Source: Patescibacteria group bacterium (GTDB lineage Bacteria > Patescibacteriota > Minisyncoccia > Phycocordibacterales > UBA9973). From it: a stretch of 49,859 nt of DNA. The notes beneath the pieces are model-generated. The model had not been told where the DNA came from. It did not search any database and saw only the letters and a program-made list of their open reading frames with translations. The position numbers and the translations under genes are program-made. Positions 30,233 through 38,680 of this stretch are shown here, piece by piece (within the stretch, counting starts at the first letter, position 1; each line of letters starts with the position of its first letter). The stretch covers positions 1 through 49,859 of the forward strand of contig JAHIVA010000003.1 of NCBI GenBank assembly GCA_018816985.1, in the 5' to 3' direction.

Positions 30233-31483
30233 ATGGTGCAATTTAAAAATAAAACTTTTATCGGTGCCTTGGCGGTCGTGGTGGCCGCTTTGTTTTGGAG
30301 CTTAGATGGGACTTTTTTGCGTCCGCATCTTTCATCTGTTTCCCCTACCCTAGTGGTATTTTTAGAACATAGCTTAGGATTCATTATTCTCTGGCCATTT
30401 TTATTTATTTATCGAGCAGAATTAAAAAAGATTACCAAAAAACAATGGGGGACGATTTTTTGGGTGGCTTTATTCGGCGGAGCGTTGGGTACTACTTTTT
30501 TCACTAAAGCACTATTTTTAACCGGTTTTGTGGATGTCTCAGTGGTTATTCTTTTGCAAAAGTTTCAACCGATTTTTGCTATCTTATTATCGGCTATTAT
30601 TTTAAAAGAACGCTTCCCTCTTAAATTTTATATCTATGCCACTTTGGCTTTAATTGGCGGATATTTTGTAACCTTCAAAGACCCAAGTTCCATAAATTTT
30701 GGTAGCGCTACATTTATGATAGCCGTTTTTTCTTTACTAGCTGCTTTCTCTTGGGGGTCATCAACTACTTTTGGAAAATATTCTTTAAAAAATATTAACT
30801 ACGGCTTGCTTTCTGCTCTACGGTTTGGTTTTACTGTACTCATTATGTTGATTCCGGCCATAAGATATTTTTCAACCTTGTCGTCAATTGAATCAAGTGT
30901 CTGGAAAACTTTAATTATCATAGTCTTCACTTCTGGGGCTATGGCTATGTATTTTTATTATTATGGTTTAAAAAAAATTCCAGCTTCACTGGCAACTTTA
31001 TGCGAATTGGCTTGGCCAGTCTCGGCAGTTATTTTTGATTATTTTTTCAATCACAATATCCTATCATCCACTCAAATTATTGGCGCAGTCGTTTTGATTA
31101 TAACGGTTTCTTTAGCCACTCGTCTGAATAAAACAAAAATCATCAGTGGAGTAGTTTTAGCTGGTAAAAATAATAGTGAAAAAACAGGCGCCAGAACGGC
31201 AAACTTAGACATTTCTTTAGCTAAAAACCTTGCCAAGGGACTCTACTCCTGTAAGGTTGATTTGAACGGTATAGTTTACCGAGGACTTTTATATTATGGA
31301 TTTAACTCACTAATTAATAAAGATTCTCTAGAAGTTCATCTTCTCGAATTTAATGGAAATCTTTATGGTAAAAATATTACCGCTGTCACGGAGAGATACT
31401 TGCGTTTTCCCAAGAAATTCAAAAGTGTAGAAAAATTAAGCAAACAAATTAAAAAAGATTTAGCTCAATCGTTTAACGAGTAA
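30233..31483 (+). CDS. EamA/DMT transporter fused to a C-terminal riboflavin kinase-like domain
   Basis: About 300 aa with 10 TMs (LQKFQPIF, ILKER), then GVV..G..RTANL, GLY, EVHLLEFNGNLYG, YLR..KKF..L..QI..D. Confidence 0.88.
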   Translation: MVQFKNKTFIGALAVVVAALFWSLDGTFLRPHLSSVSPTLVVFLEHSLGFIILWPFLFIYRAELKKITKKQWGTIFWVALFGGALGTTFFTKALFLTGFVDVSVVILLQKFQPIFAILLSAIILKERFPLKFYIYATLALIGGYFVTFKDPSSINFGSATFMIAVFSLLAAFSWGSSTTFGKYSLKNINYGLLSALRFGFTVLIMLIPAIRYFSTLSSIESSVWKTLIIIVFTSGAMAMYFYYYGLKKIPASLATLCELAWPVSAVIFDYFFNHNILSSTQIIGAVVLIITVSLATRLNKTKIISGVVLAGKNNSEKTGARTANLDISLAKNLAKGLYSCKVDLNGIVYRGLLYYGFNSLINKDSLEVHLLEFNGNLYGKNITAVTERYLRFPKKFKSVEKLSKQIKKDLAQSFNE

Positions 31484-31485
31484 AT

Positions 31486-32826
31486 TTATTCTGACAGTCT
31501 GCTATCTATACGCGTCATGTCTCTCGGAAATGAAGTAGCTTCTTTAACATTTGGAAGTTCAAGCATTCTAGCAGTGAAACGCTCCAGTCCGGTAGATGAC
31601 CCCCCGTGAGGAGGCATACCATATTTGAAAGCCTGAAGATAATATGAAAATTTGTTAGGATCCATTCCCCTCTCTTTTATTTTAGCCACAAGCATATCGT
31701 AATTATGAATTCGTTGCGCCCCGCTATTTATCTCTAATCCCCGAAAAAGCAAATCAAAACCCCTAGAATAGGGTGCTTCTTTTGGGTCTTCATATGTATA
31801 AAAGGCTCGCTTTTTTGTTGGATATCTTGTAATAAATACGAAATCTGAACCCTTTTCTTTTTTGGCCCATTCACAAATATTACGTTCATGTTCGGGATCC
31901 ATATCTGGAGCATGTTCAACACCAAGAATATCGTGTACTTCTTTCAGTGTTAGAATAGGAATTTCATTAGGTAGAAGCGGTAAGGTTGTATTAAAATGAG
32001 AAAATATGTCAGAGTGTTTTTCTTTCACTATCTGAACGACATCGCGAATAACTTGCTCTAAGACTGCCATAGGTTCTCGCTCATTTTCAATAAACCCCAT
32101 TTCAAAATCAATACAGGTTGCTTCGCTTAAATGACGAGTGGTAGCGCTTTTCTCAGCTCTAAAAATTTTTGCCACCGTGAAAGCGCGTTCAAACGGACCA
32201 ACCATAATTTGCTTATAAAATTGTGGACTAGTCGCCAAAAACGCCGTATGGTCATTAAAATAATCTACTTTAAATGCGGCTGCTCCCCCTTCCGCATCTC
32301 CTCCCACAAGCGCTGGGGCAATAAATTCTGTAAAACCTTGTTGCTGTAAAGAATTTCTATAAGCGTCAAGAATTGATGCCTGCATTTTAAAAATATCTTT
32401 GGCTCGTTCTGTTCGTAACTTGAATGGTAAATAATCCAAATATGTATCAAGATTAACTTCGGTATCAAGGTCAAATGGCAAATCTTGAGCTTCAGACAAA
32501 ACTTCGATACCTGTCACCTCTAACTCCACTCCCCCATTCAATACTCCCACTTTTATATTTTTCTCTGGACGATTGTTTACTAAACCAGTAATTTTTAAAA
32601 CCCATTCTGAGCGAATTTCTTTTGCCTTTTCAATAACTTCTGCTCGAGAGGGTAAAGCTACGCATTGCACTTTCCCAGTCACATCTCTCATATCAAAAAA
32701 AACCATCTTCCCCTGGTCACGTCTGACATCTACCCATCCAGCAATAATAATTTCTTTTTGACCTGAGCTCGTCGAATGGTTGCCTATATTATCTTTTAAA
32801 TCTTTTATATAAATTCTATTTTGCAT
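31486..32826 (-). CDS. aspS: Aspartate-tRNA ligase, short non-discriminating type
   Basis: GWV, AEGG, SPQFYKQ, FRAE, SGAQR, GMPPHGG, GLER; lacks the GAD insert. Confidence 0.93.
   Translation of the reverse strand: MQNRIYIKDLKDNIGNHSTSSGQKEIIIAGWVDVRRDQGKMVFFDMRDVTGKVQCVALPSRAEVIEKAKEIRSEWVLKITGLVNNRPEKNIKVGVLNGGVELEVTGIEVLSEAQDLPFDLDTEVNLDTYLDYLPFKLRTERAKDIFKMQASILDAYRNSLQQQGFTEFIAPALVGGDAEGGAAAFKVDYFNDHTAFLATSPQFYKQIMVGPFERAFTVAKIFRAEKSATTRHLSEATCIDFEMGFIENEREPMAVLEQVIRDVVQIVKEKHSDIFSHFNTTLPLLPNEIPILTLKEVHDILGVEHAPDMDPEHERNICEWAKKEKGSDFVFITRYPTKKRAFYTYEDPKEAPYSRGFDLLFRGLEINSGAQRIHNYDMLVAKIKERGMDPNKFSYYLQAFKYGMPPHGGSSTGLERFTARMLELPNVKEATSFPRDMTRIDSRLSE
32757..32780 (+). repeat. 24-nt hairpin element (family C) in-frame in aspS
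   Basis: TTTG-ACC-TGAGCTCGTCGAAT-GGT; encodes (N)HSTSSGQ; shares TGAGCTyGTCGAA with the pepA copy. Confidence 0.75.
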
Positions 32827-32838
32827 ACTTTTATATTA

Positions 32839-33828
32839 TCATATTTCCAGAAATAATTTTCTCATGTGACCTTCAGTATGAATAAGAGTAATAACATCAG
32901 CAATAAGGTCTGCCGGACTAATTACCACAAGATTCTTGTGCCATTTTTCTTTATTAATGAGAGGGACGGTTTCTAAAATATAAATCTTATCAATTACTCC
33001 ATTTTCTAGCAGAGGATTAATACGATTAAATGTATTCATAGAAAAATCGTTGTGAACTACAAAAAAAGTAATTTTTTTGGCACCATTATATTTAGCAATC
33101 TTTGCGCCTGCCTCTAAAGTTCCTCCCTCTTGAAGCATATCATCAAAAGAAGCAACTCTATGTCCTTTTACATTTCCAACAATACTTGATTTTTCAATAC
33201 TCACTAGTCGAGTGGCTGGGTCTCTGTCTTTGATAATAAAGGAAACTTTTTTATCAAGCATTTCGGCAATTTTTTTATTCCTCTTAAAACCACCATCATC
33301 CAGAGCCAGAACACTGTCATATAATTTACTATTTTTCATCACATATTCAATGAGTATCTTCATTAAATATACGTGATGCACCGTGCGAAGACGATAGTGT
33401 CTAGTGTCATAGAAACTTGGATGTTGCCCTGAATGTTGGTCGAATATTGTGATTATTTCCACTCCAGAACTGGAAATTTCCATAGCGGTGTCTTTATAAG
33501 CTACGTTTTCTCCAAATCGTTTGATATGATCAGATTTTCCATCTCTAACAAATGGAAATACTCCGAAAATTCTGTTGGCTCCCTTGATTGATTTGCAAAT
33601 CAATCTCAGCTCTTTCATTGTGTCATAATTAGCGTGTAGTGAACTAAAAACACATATATCTTTTCCGCTTACATCGCACAATCTTCTTACGTCCAATTCT
33701 CCATTGGGAAACAACTTGGATTCAATTTCAAGCGGAGTTACTTTGAGCTTTTTTGCTATTTCTTTTCCTAACGATGGATGAGAATTAGCGATAATCAAAC
33801 CGAATTCCCCGAATCTACTTTTTTTCAT
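32839..33828 (-). CDS. prs: Ribose-phosphate diphosphokinase family protein (divergent)
   Basis: ANSHPSL, FPNGE, DQH, DDGG, VGNVKG, FDDMLQEGGT. Confidence 0.78.
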   Translation of the reverse strand: MKKSRFGEFGLIIANSHPSLGKEIAKKLKVTPLEIESKLFPNGELDVRRLCDVSGKDICVFSSLHANYDTMKELRLICKSIKGANRIFGVFPFVRDGKSDHIKRFGENVAYKDTAMEISSSGVEIITIFDQHSGQHPSFYDTRHYRLRTVHHVYLMKILIEYVMKNSKLYDSVLALDDGGFKRNKKIAEMLDKKVSFIIKDRDPATRLVSIEKSSIVGNVKGHRVASFDDMLQEGGTLEAGAKIAKYNGAKKITFFVVHNDFSMNTFNRINPLLENGVIDKIYILETVPLINKEKWHKNLVVISPADLIADVITLIHTEGHMRKLFLEI

Positions 33829-33847
33829 AGTAAATGTATTTTATCAC

Positions 33848-33894
33848 AAAAAAAACAAAAACCAGCAACATTTCTCCTTTCGGTGTTACTGGTT
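33848..33894 (-). terminator. Intrinsic terminator
   Basis: AACCAGTAACA-loop-TGTTGCTGGTT followed by a long U-tract on the minus strand. Confidence 0.8.
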
Positions 33895-34078
33895 GATTAT
33901 GAGAAGTTTGGCCTTCTCGTTGCCTGCTCGGAGGGCGCCGAGCTCGCTTAACACCATGGGTCTAATTCCCAAGCTACTTTGATGATGAAATCACCCCCTT
34001 TCTTCACTAAAGAACAAAAATCAGCGCTTGTGCGCTGTTTGGTAGATTCCTTTTTTTATAAAACAGAGAAGAAAGAAA

Positions 34079-34156
34079 TCAATTAAATAGCGCAAAAGCT
34101 AAAACTTTTGTGCTAAACCAATAATTCAATGTTGTTATTGTATAATTTCGTTTCAT
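34079..34156 (-). CDS. Putative 25-aa leader peptide
   Basis: MKRNYTITTLNYWFSTKVLAFALFN just downstream of a promoter. Confidence 0.4.
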   Translation of the reverse strand: MKRNYTITTLNYWFSTKVLAFALFN

Positions 34157-34170
34157 AACCTTATATCCAA

Positions 34171-34199
34171 ACATTAACAAACTAAAAAAAATAAAGCAA
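34171..34199 (-). promoter_or_regulatory. Sigma70-type promoter
   Basis: TTGCTT-17 nt-TAATGT with TGn extension. Confidence 0.5.
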
Positions 34200-34200
34200 A

Positions 34201-35151
34201 TTAATATATATTCACTCCGATTTTTTCCCGTACTTCTTCCATTTTTTTTGCCGCAACAATTTTTGCCTGTTCACTTCCCTTTTTTAAAATCAAGAGGACA
34301 GTGGGAATATCTTTAGCAAATTCTTTTCTCTTTTCTCGCAAGGGCGCGATAAACTTTTCTAAATCTTCTATTAGTAATTCTTTTAATTCTTTATATTTTC
34401 CCGCCTTGCTCTCATAAAGAGACAGAAGCTCCGAAGCTGGACGAAGCAAATTATGGATTGCATAAACATTCTTAGGGATTCCTTCACCTGAATCCGTGAC
34501 TATACTCATTACACATTTTTTTATTTCTTCATATTCAGCAAAAAGCGGAATCGTGTTATTGTAACTCTTGCTCATTTTTTTGCCATCCGTACCGGGTACC
34601 ACAGCGACATCTTTTAAAATCATCGGATTCGGAAGTTTAAATGTTTCCCCATAAGTATTATTAAATTTTTCCGCTATATCCCGAGCTATTTCTACATGTT
34701 GTTTTTGATCAGCTCCTACCGGCACCATATCTGGACCATAAAGCAGAATATCAGCCGCCATCAAAACAGGATAATTAAAAGTACCAACATCAATTTCTTT
34801 ATTCTTCGCCTGTGCATCTTTAAAAGCATGAGCGCGCATCAAAAATGGCATTGTGGTAATGGTATCAAAAATCCAAGCCAGTTCAGTGTGTTCACTAATA
34901 TCACTTTGTTTAAAAAATATAACTTTTTTGGGGTCTAAGCCAATGGCTAAATAATCAAGCAATACATTCTTGATGTTTTCGTTCATTTCTCTAGAATTTC
35001 GCAACGAATGTAAAGCATGGTAATCAGCAATAAAAACATAGCCTTCGTGCTCTTTTTGTAAATCTACGAATTGCTTCATTGCCCCAAAATAATTACCAAG
35101 GTGAGGCTTTCCGGAAGGCTGAACTCCCGATAAAAATATTTTTTTCGACAT
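34201..35151 (-). CDS. trpS: Tryptophan-tRNA ligase
   Basis: SGVQPSG, HLGN, YPVLMAADIL, VGADQ, KMSKS; start at MSKKIF. Confidence 0.97.
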   Translation of the reverse strand: MSKKIFLSGVQPSGKPHLGNYFGAMKQFVDLQKEHEGYVFIADYHALHSLRNSREMNENIKNVLLDYLAIGLDPKKVIFFKQSDISEHTELAWIFDTITTMPFLMRAHAFKDAQAKNKEIDVGTFNYPVLMAADILLYGPDMVPVGADQKQHVEIARDIAEKFNNTYGETFKLPNPMILKDVAVVPGTDGKKMSKSYNNTIPLFAEYEEIKKCVMSIVTDSGEGIPKNVYAIHNLLRPASELLSLYESKAGKYKELKELLIEDLEKFIAPLREKRKEFAKDIPTVLLILKKGSEQAKIVAAKKMEEVREKIGVNIY

Positions 35152-35264
35152 ATTTAATATATTACCATATTTAATTACTTCAGCACAGCAATTTTCCACA
35201 TGTTTAATAACATTTTACCGATTTTTAGGCTTTGACAATCATTTTACTATGCTAGAATGGCAGA

Positions 35265-36659
35265 ATGGTTAGAATTGAAAAAAATAATAATCTTCGCATC
35301 CCACCTCAAAGTATCCCCTCTGAACAAGCGGTCTTGGGATCTATTATGCTCCGCAAGGACGCAATGCATGAAGTAGAAGATATGATAATTTCGGATTCTT
35401 TTTATGTTGAAAAACATAAAATAATTTTTAGGGCTATGCTTGATCTTTCGGTAAAAAATGAACCAATAGACATGCTTTCCCTCTCCACAAAATTAGGAGA
35501 ACAGAAACTTCTTGAGGCAGTTGGTGGTAATCAATATTTAGCTGAAATTGTAAGTGTCGTGCCTTCTTCCATCAACATAAAACATTATGCCGATATTGTC
35601 CAAAAAAAATATGTTCTTCGAAGCCTAATAGAAGCAGCAGATTATGTATCCGAACTTGCTTTTGAGGAAGGTGACGACCATATGAATGACATTTTAGATA
35701 TGGCGGAAAAGAGAATTTTTAGCGTAGTCTCCTCTCCCAAAAATCAAAAATATGTAAATTTAAAAGACGCCCTGCCGGAAGCCTATGAACGTTTGGAAAA
35801 ATTACATGAAAATAAAGGTATGCTTCGTGGGCTAGCAACAGGATTTAAAGATTTAGATACAATCCTTTCAGGTTTGCAAAAATCAGATTTAGTCATCTTG
35901 GCGGCCAGACCAAGTATGGGTAAAACAACTCTCGCTCTTGACATAGCGCGAATGTCCGGAGTCTTGCATGAAAAATCTATTTTAATATTTTCTCTAGAAA
36001 TGTCTTCTCAACAATTGGTAGACAGAATGCTTTCAGCTGAAAGCCGAGTCAATGCCTGGAACCTACGCACCGGACGTCTGTCTTCCGACCGAGAATTTTC
36101 TCAATTACGAGATTCCTTAGACAAATTAGCCAAAGCAAAAATTTATATTGACGACCAACCCGGAAATTCTATCGTTAAAATGAAGGCTCTTTCCCGCCGG
36201 CTTAAAGCGGAAAAAGGGTTAGACCTTATTGTGGTAGATTATTTACAGCTAATGACTACTTCAAAAAATTATGATTCTATGGTTAATCAAGTGACGGAAA
36301 TCAGCCGGTCCTTAAAAAGTTTAGCCAAAGAATTAGATGTACCGGTTCTGGCACTTTCTCAGCTTAATCGTGCAGTAGAATCCCGTGGAGGTAAGCCCAG
36401 ACTTTCTGACCTACGCGATTCCGGGTCCATTGAACAAGATGCAGATGTTGTAATGTTCATTCATCGTGAAGATAAAGGAAAAGATGAATCAGAAAAAACA
36501 AATATAGCTGAAATTTTAATTGAAAAACACCGTAATGGACCAACTGGAAAAATTGAACTTTATTTCGATGAAAAAACCACCACTTTCCTAAACCTTGAAA
36601 AAAGTAATTTAAGTGAATTTACCCAGTCAAAAGTTGGCGGAGAATTGGATGAATTTTAA
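35265..36659 (+). CDS. dnaB: Replicative helicase
   Basis: AARPSMGKT, SLEM, VDYLQL, LSQLNR, DLRDSGSIEQDAD, KHRNGPTG. Confidence 0.98.
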   Translation: MVRIEKNNNLRIPPQSIPSEQAVLGSIMLRKDAMHEVEDMIISDSFYVEKHKIIFRAMLDLSVKNEPIDMLSLSTKLGEQKLLEAVGGNQYLAEIVSVVPSSINIKHYADIVQKKYVLRSLIEAADYVSELAFEEGDDHMNDILDMAEKRIFSVVSSPKNQKYVNLKDALPEAYERLEKLHENKGMLRGLATGFKDLDTILSGLQKSDLVILAARPSMGKTTLALDIARMSGVLHEKSILIFSLEMSSQQLVDRMLSAESRVNAWNLRTGRLSSDREFSQLRDSLDKLAKAKIYIDDQPGNSIVKMKALSRRLKAEKGLDLIVVDYLQLMTTSKNYDSMVNQVTEISRSLKSLAKELDVPVLALSQLNRAVESRGGKPRLSDLRDSGSIEQDADVVMFIHREDKGKDESEKTNIAEILIEKHRNGPTGKIELYFDEKTTTFLNLEKSNLSEFTQSKVGGELDEF

Positions 36660-36667
36660 ATTTAAAT

Positions 36668-37282
36668 ATGGATATCATAGAAAAATTAACTGAAATTTTT
36701 AAAGAATTCCCAGGAATCGGAGAAAGACAGGCAAAACGTTTCGTCTATTTTTTGATGCACAAAAATCCCATTTATGCAGAAAATTTATGCAACCTTATTT
36801 CCGATCTTAAAAAAGAAGTGACACAATGCAAAGAATGTTTCAGGTTTTTCATAAAAAACAAAAAATTAGTATCTACAACTTGTGAAATTTGCGCTAACGT
36901 AAATACAGACTCCTCTATCCTAATGATTGTAGAAAAAGATTCTGATTTAGAAAGTATCAAAAAAAGTAGGGTTTATCATGGTAAATATTTTATTTTGGGC
37001 GGGCTGGTACCCATAGTAGAAAAAACAACCAAAAGCCGAGTACGGATTTCCGAACTGCAAGAAAAAATTAAACGTGAAAAAGAATTGAAGGAAATAATTT
37101 TAGCCTTTTCCATCAGTCCCCAGGGCGACCATACGGACCAATACGTGCGAGAACAACTGAAAGATTTGTGTGAAAAACAAAAAATAAAAATCTCCTCCTT
37201 AGGTAAAGGCCTCTCCACCGGCACCGAACTCGAATATTCCGACAACGACACTCTAAAAAACGCATTAAAAAACAGACAATAA
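36668..37282 (+). CDS. recR: Recombination mediator RecR
   Basis: PGIG, CxxC..CxxC, YFILGG, GTELEY. Confidence 0.95.
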   Translation: MDIIEKLTEIFKEFPGIGERQAKRFVYFLMHKNPIYAENLCNLISDLKKEVTQCKECFRFFIKNKKLVSTTCEICANVNTDSSILMIVEKDSDLESIKKSRVYHGKYFILGGLVPIVEKTTKSRVRISELQEKIKREKELKEIILAFSISPQGDHTDQYVREQLKDLCEKQKIKISSLGKGLSTGTELEYSDNDTLKNALKNRQ

Positions 37283-37288
37283 AGATGC

Positions 37289-37326
37289 ACACAGGAGTTT
37301 CCTATGTACATAGGAAACTCCTGTGT
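37289..37326. repeat. Perfect 38-bp palindrome (doublet of 19-nt REP-like hairpins, family D)
   Basis: ACACAGGAGTTTCCTATGT|ACATAGGAAACTCCTGTGT. Confidence 0.95.
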
Positions 37327-37338
37327 TATACTTAATGT

Positions 37339-37974
37339 ATGGCATTAAGAAAACAAGTTTTCGCTCCAGGTGAATTTTATCATTTATATAATCGCGGTAC
37401 TGAAAAAAGAATAATCTTTTTAGATGAATATGACTATCGTCACTTTTTGTTTTTAATGTATATTTGCAACTCAGAAAAAAGCATCACATTAAGAAATGTT
37501 GGTGAATTTTTTGACCGAGGAGAAACTATCGTTGATATTGGAATCTTTTGTTTAATGCCAAATCATTTTCATATTCTTGCTTATGAAAAAATAGAAAATG
37601 GCATTTCTACATACATGCGTAAATTATTGACTGGATACTCCATGTATTTCAATAAAAAATACAAAAGAACCGGAAAATTGTATGAAGGGGTTTTTAAATC
37701 AATTCACGCAAACAAAGACACATATTTTAAATATCTTTATTCATACGTACATCTAAATCCGGCAAAAATAATAGATAAAAATTGGAGAGAAAACAACAAC
37801 AGAAATTCAGCAAGCTTATTAAAATATGTTTTTTCTTACCCATACTCAAGTCTAAAAGAATATAAAGATAAAAAATTTAGAATCGTAAACCCCTTGCCGT
37901 TTCCTGCTTATTTCAAAAATCTAATTGATCACAAAAAAGAACTTTTGGAGTGGCTTAGTTTTGATGATGCATAG
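37339..37974 (+). mobile_element. REP-associated tyrosine (Y1 HUH) transposase, RAYT-like
   Basis: FYHLYNRG, CLMPNHFHI, GKLYEGVF, YVHLNP, YSS; flanked by palindromes. Confidence 0.9.
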
Positions 37975-38005
37975 GAAACTCCTATGTACATAGGAGTTTC
38001 CTATG
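37970..38005. repeat. Perfect 36-bp palindrome (family D doublet) containing the transposase stop codon
   Basis: CATAGGAAACTCCTATGT|ACATAGGAGTTTCCTATG. Confidence 0.95.
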
Positions 38006-38015
38006 TTAAGTACAA

Positions 38016-38306
38016 TTAGTTAAAAATAGATATTACAATAAAACTAATCCACGGCGCCATAAATATGATGGCTATAATATTATTAACTATCATTTCCATT
38101 GTAGGGTATTTTTCTTTATTATCGCTAGCATAAAACCAAACAAATATTAGGAAAACAGATATAAAAATATAATACCAACTAAAATCTATTATCTTATTAC
38201 TAATAGTGGCACCCATAGCATTAAACATAAAAGAAAAAACTACAAAAATATCTACAATTATAGATAGACCAATTACGTAATTTCTTATTTTTCTAAAAAG
38301 TTGCAT
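38016..38306 (-). CDS. Small three-TM hypothetical protein
   Basis: 96 aa, hydrophobic; start overlaps the rplU stop. Confidence 0.65.
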   Translation of the reverse strand: MQLFRKIRNYVIGLSIIVDIFVVFSFMFNAMGATISNKIIDFSWYYIFISVFLIFVWFYASDNKEKYPTMEMIVNNIIAIIFMAPWISFIVISIFN

Positions 38307-38623
38307 TATTTAATAGAAGTAATTTTCACTTTGAAAAATGGCTGACGATGGCCATTGCGCTTCAGATAGCGAGATTTTTGTTTATATTTTACAACCATCA
38401 CTTTGCGAGCACGACCGATTTCTACTATTTCCGCTTCTACTTTTGCGCCTTTAATGTAGGGTGTACCGATAGTTGTATCTTTATCATCTTCAACAAGCAA
38501 AACTTTTTCAAAAACAAGTTTATCCCCTTTTTTATATTCTCCCTTTATTTTCTCAATAGAAATAAGGTCTCCTTCGGAGACTTTATATTGCTTTCCGCCT
38601 GTTTGAATTACTGCAAATTCCAT
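38306..38623 (-). CDS. rplU: 50S ribosomal protein L21
   Basis: AVIQTGGKQYKV, IGTPY, GHRQ. Confidence 0.98.
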   Translation of the reverse strand: MEFAVIQTGGKQYKVSEGDLISIEKIKGEYKKGDKLVFEKVLLVEDDKDTTIGTPYIKGAKVEAEIVEIGRARKVMVVKYKQKSRYLKRNGHRQPFFKVKITSIK

Positions 38624-38680
38624 AAGTTACATATTATATGAAATTTCACAAAAAGGCAAGGATGGGTTATACTAAATATT

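Larger units (their letters stand above)
33848..34165 (-). ncRNA. Candidate structured RNA / leader-peptide unit
   Basis: Own promoter, 25-codon ORF, at least six hairpins, terminator, GC-rich core; no long ORF. Confidence 0.5.

Noticed and set aside
33848-34199. Assignment as tmRNA, T-box, or purine/ZTP/PRPP riboswitch
   Set aside because: No tRNA-like ends or Ala-ending tag, it lies downstream of trpS, and I could not find the conserved aptamer motifs
664-38005. Palindromic repeats read as CRISPR repeats or IS terminal inverted repeats
   Set aside because: No regular repeat-spacer array or cas gene; the transposases are HUH type, not DDE, and no tnpB is adjacent
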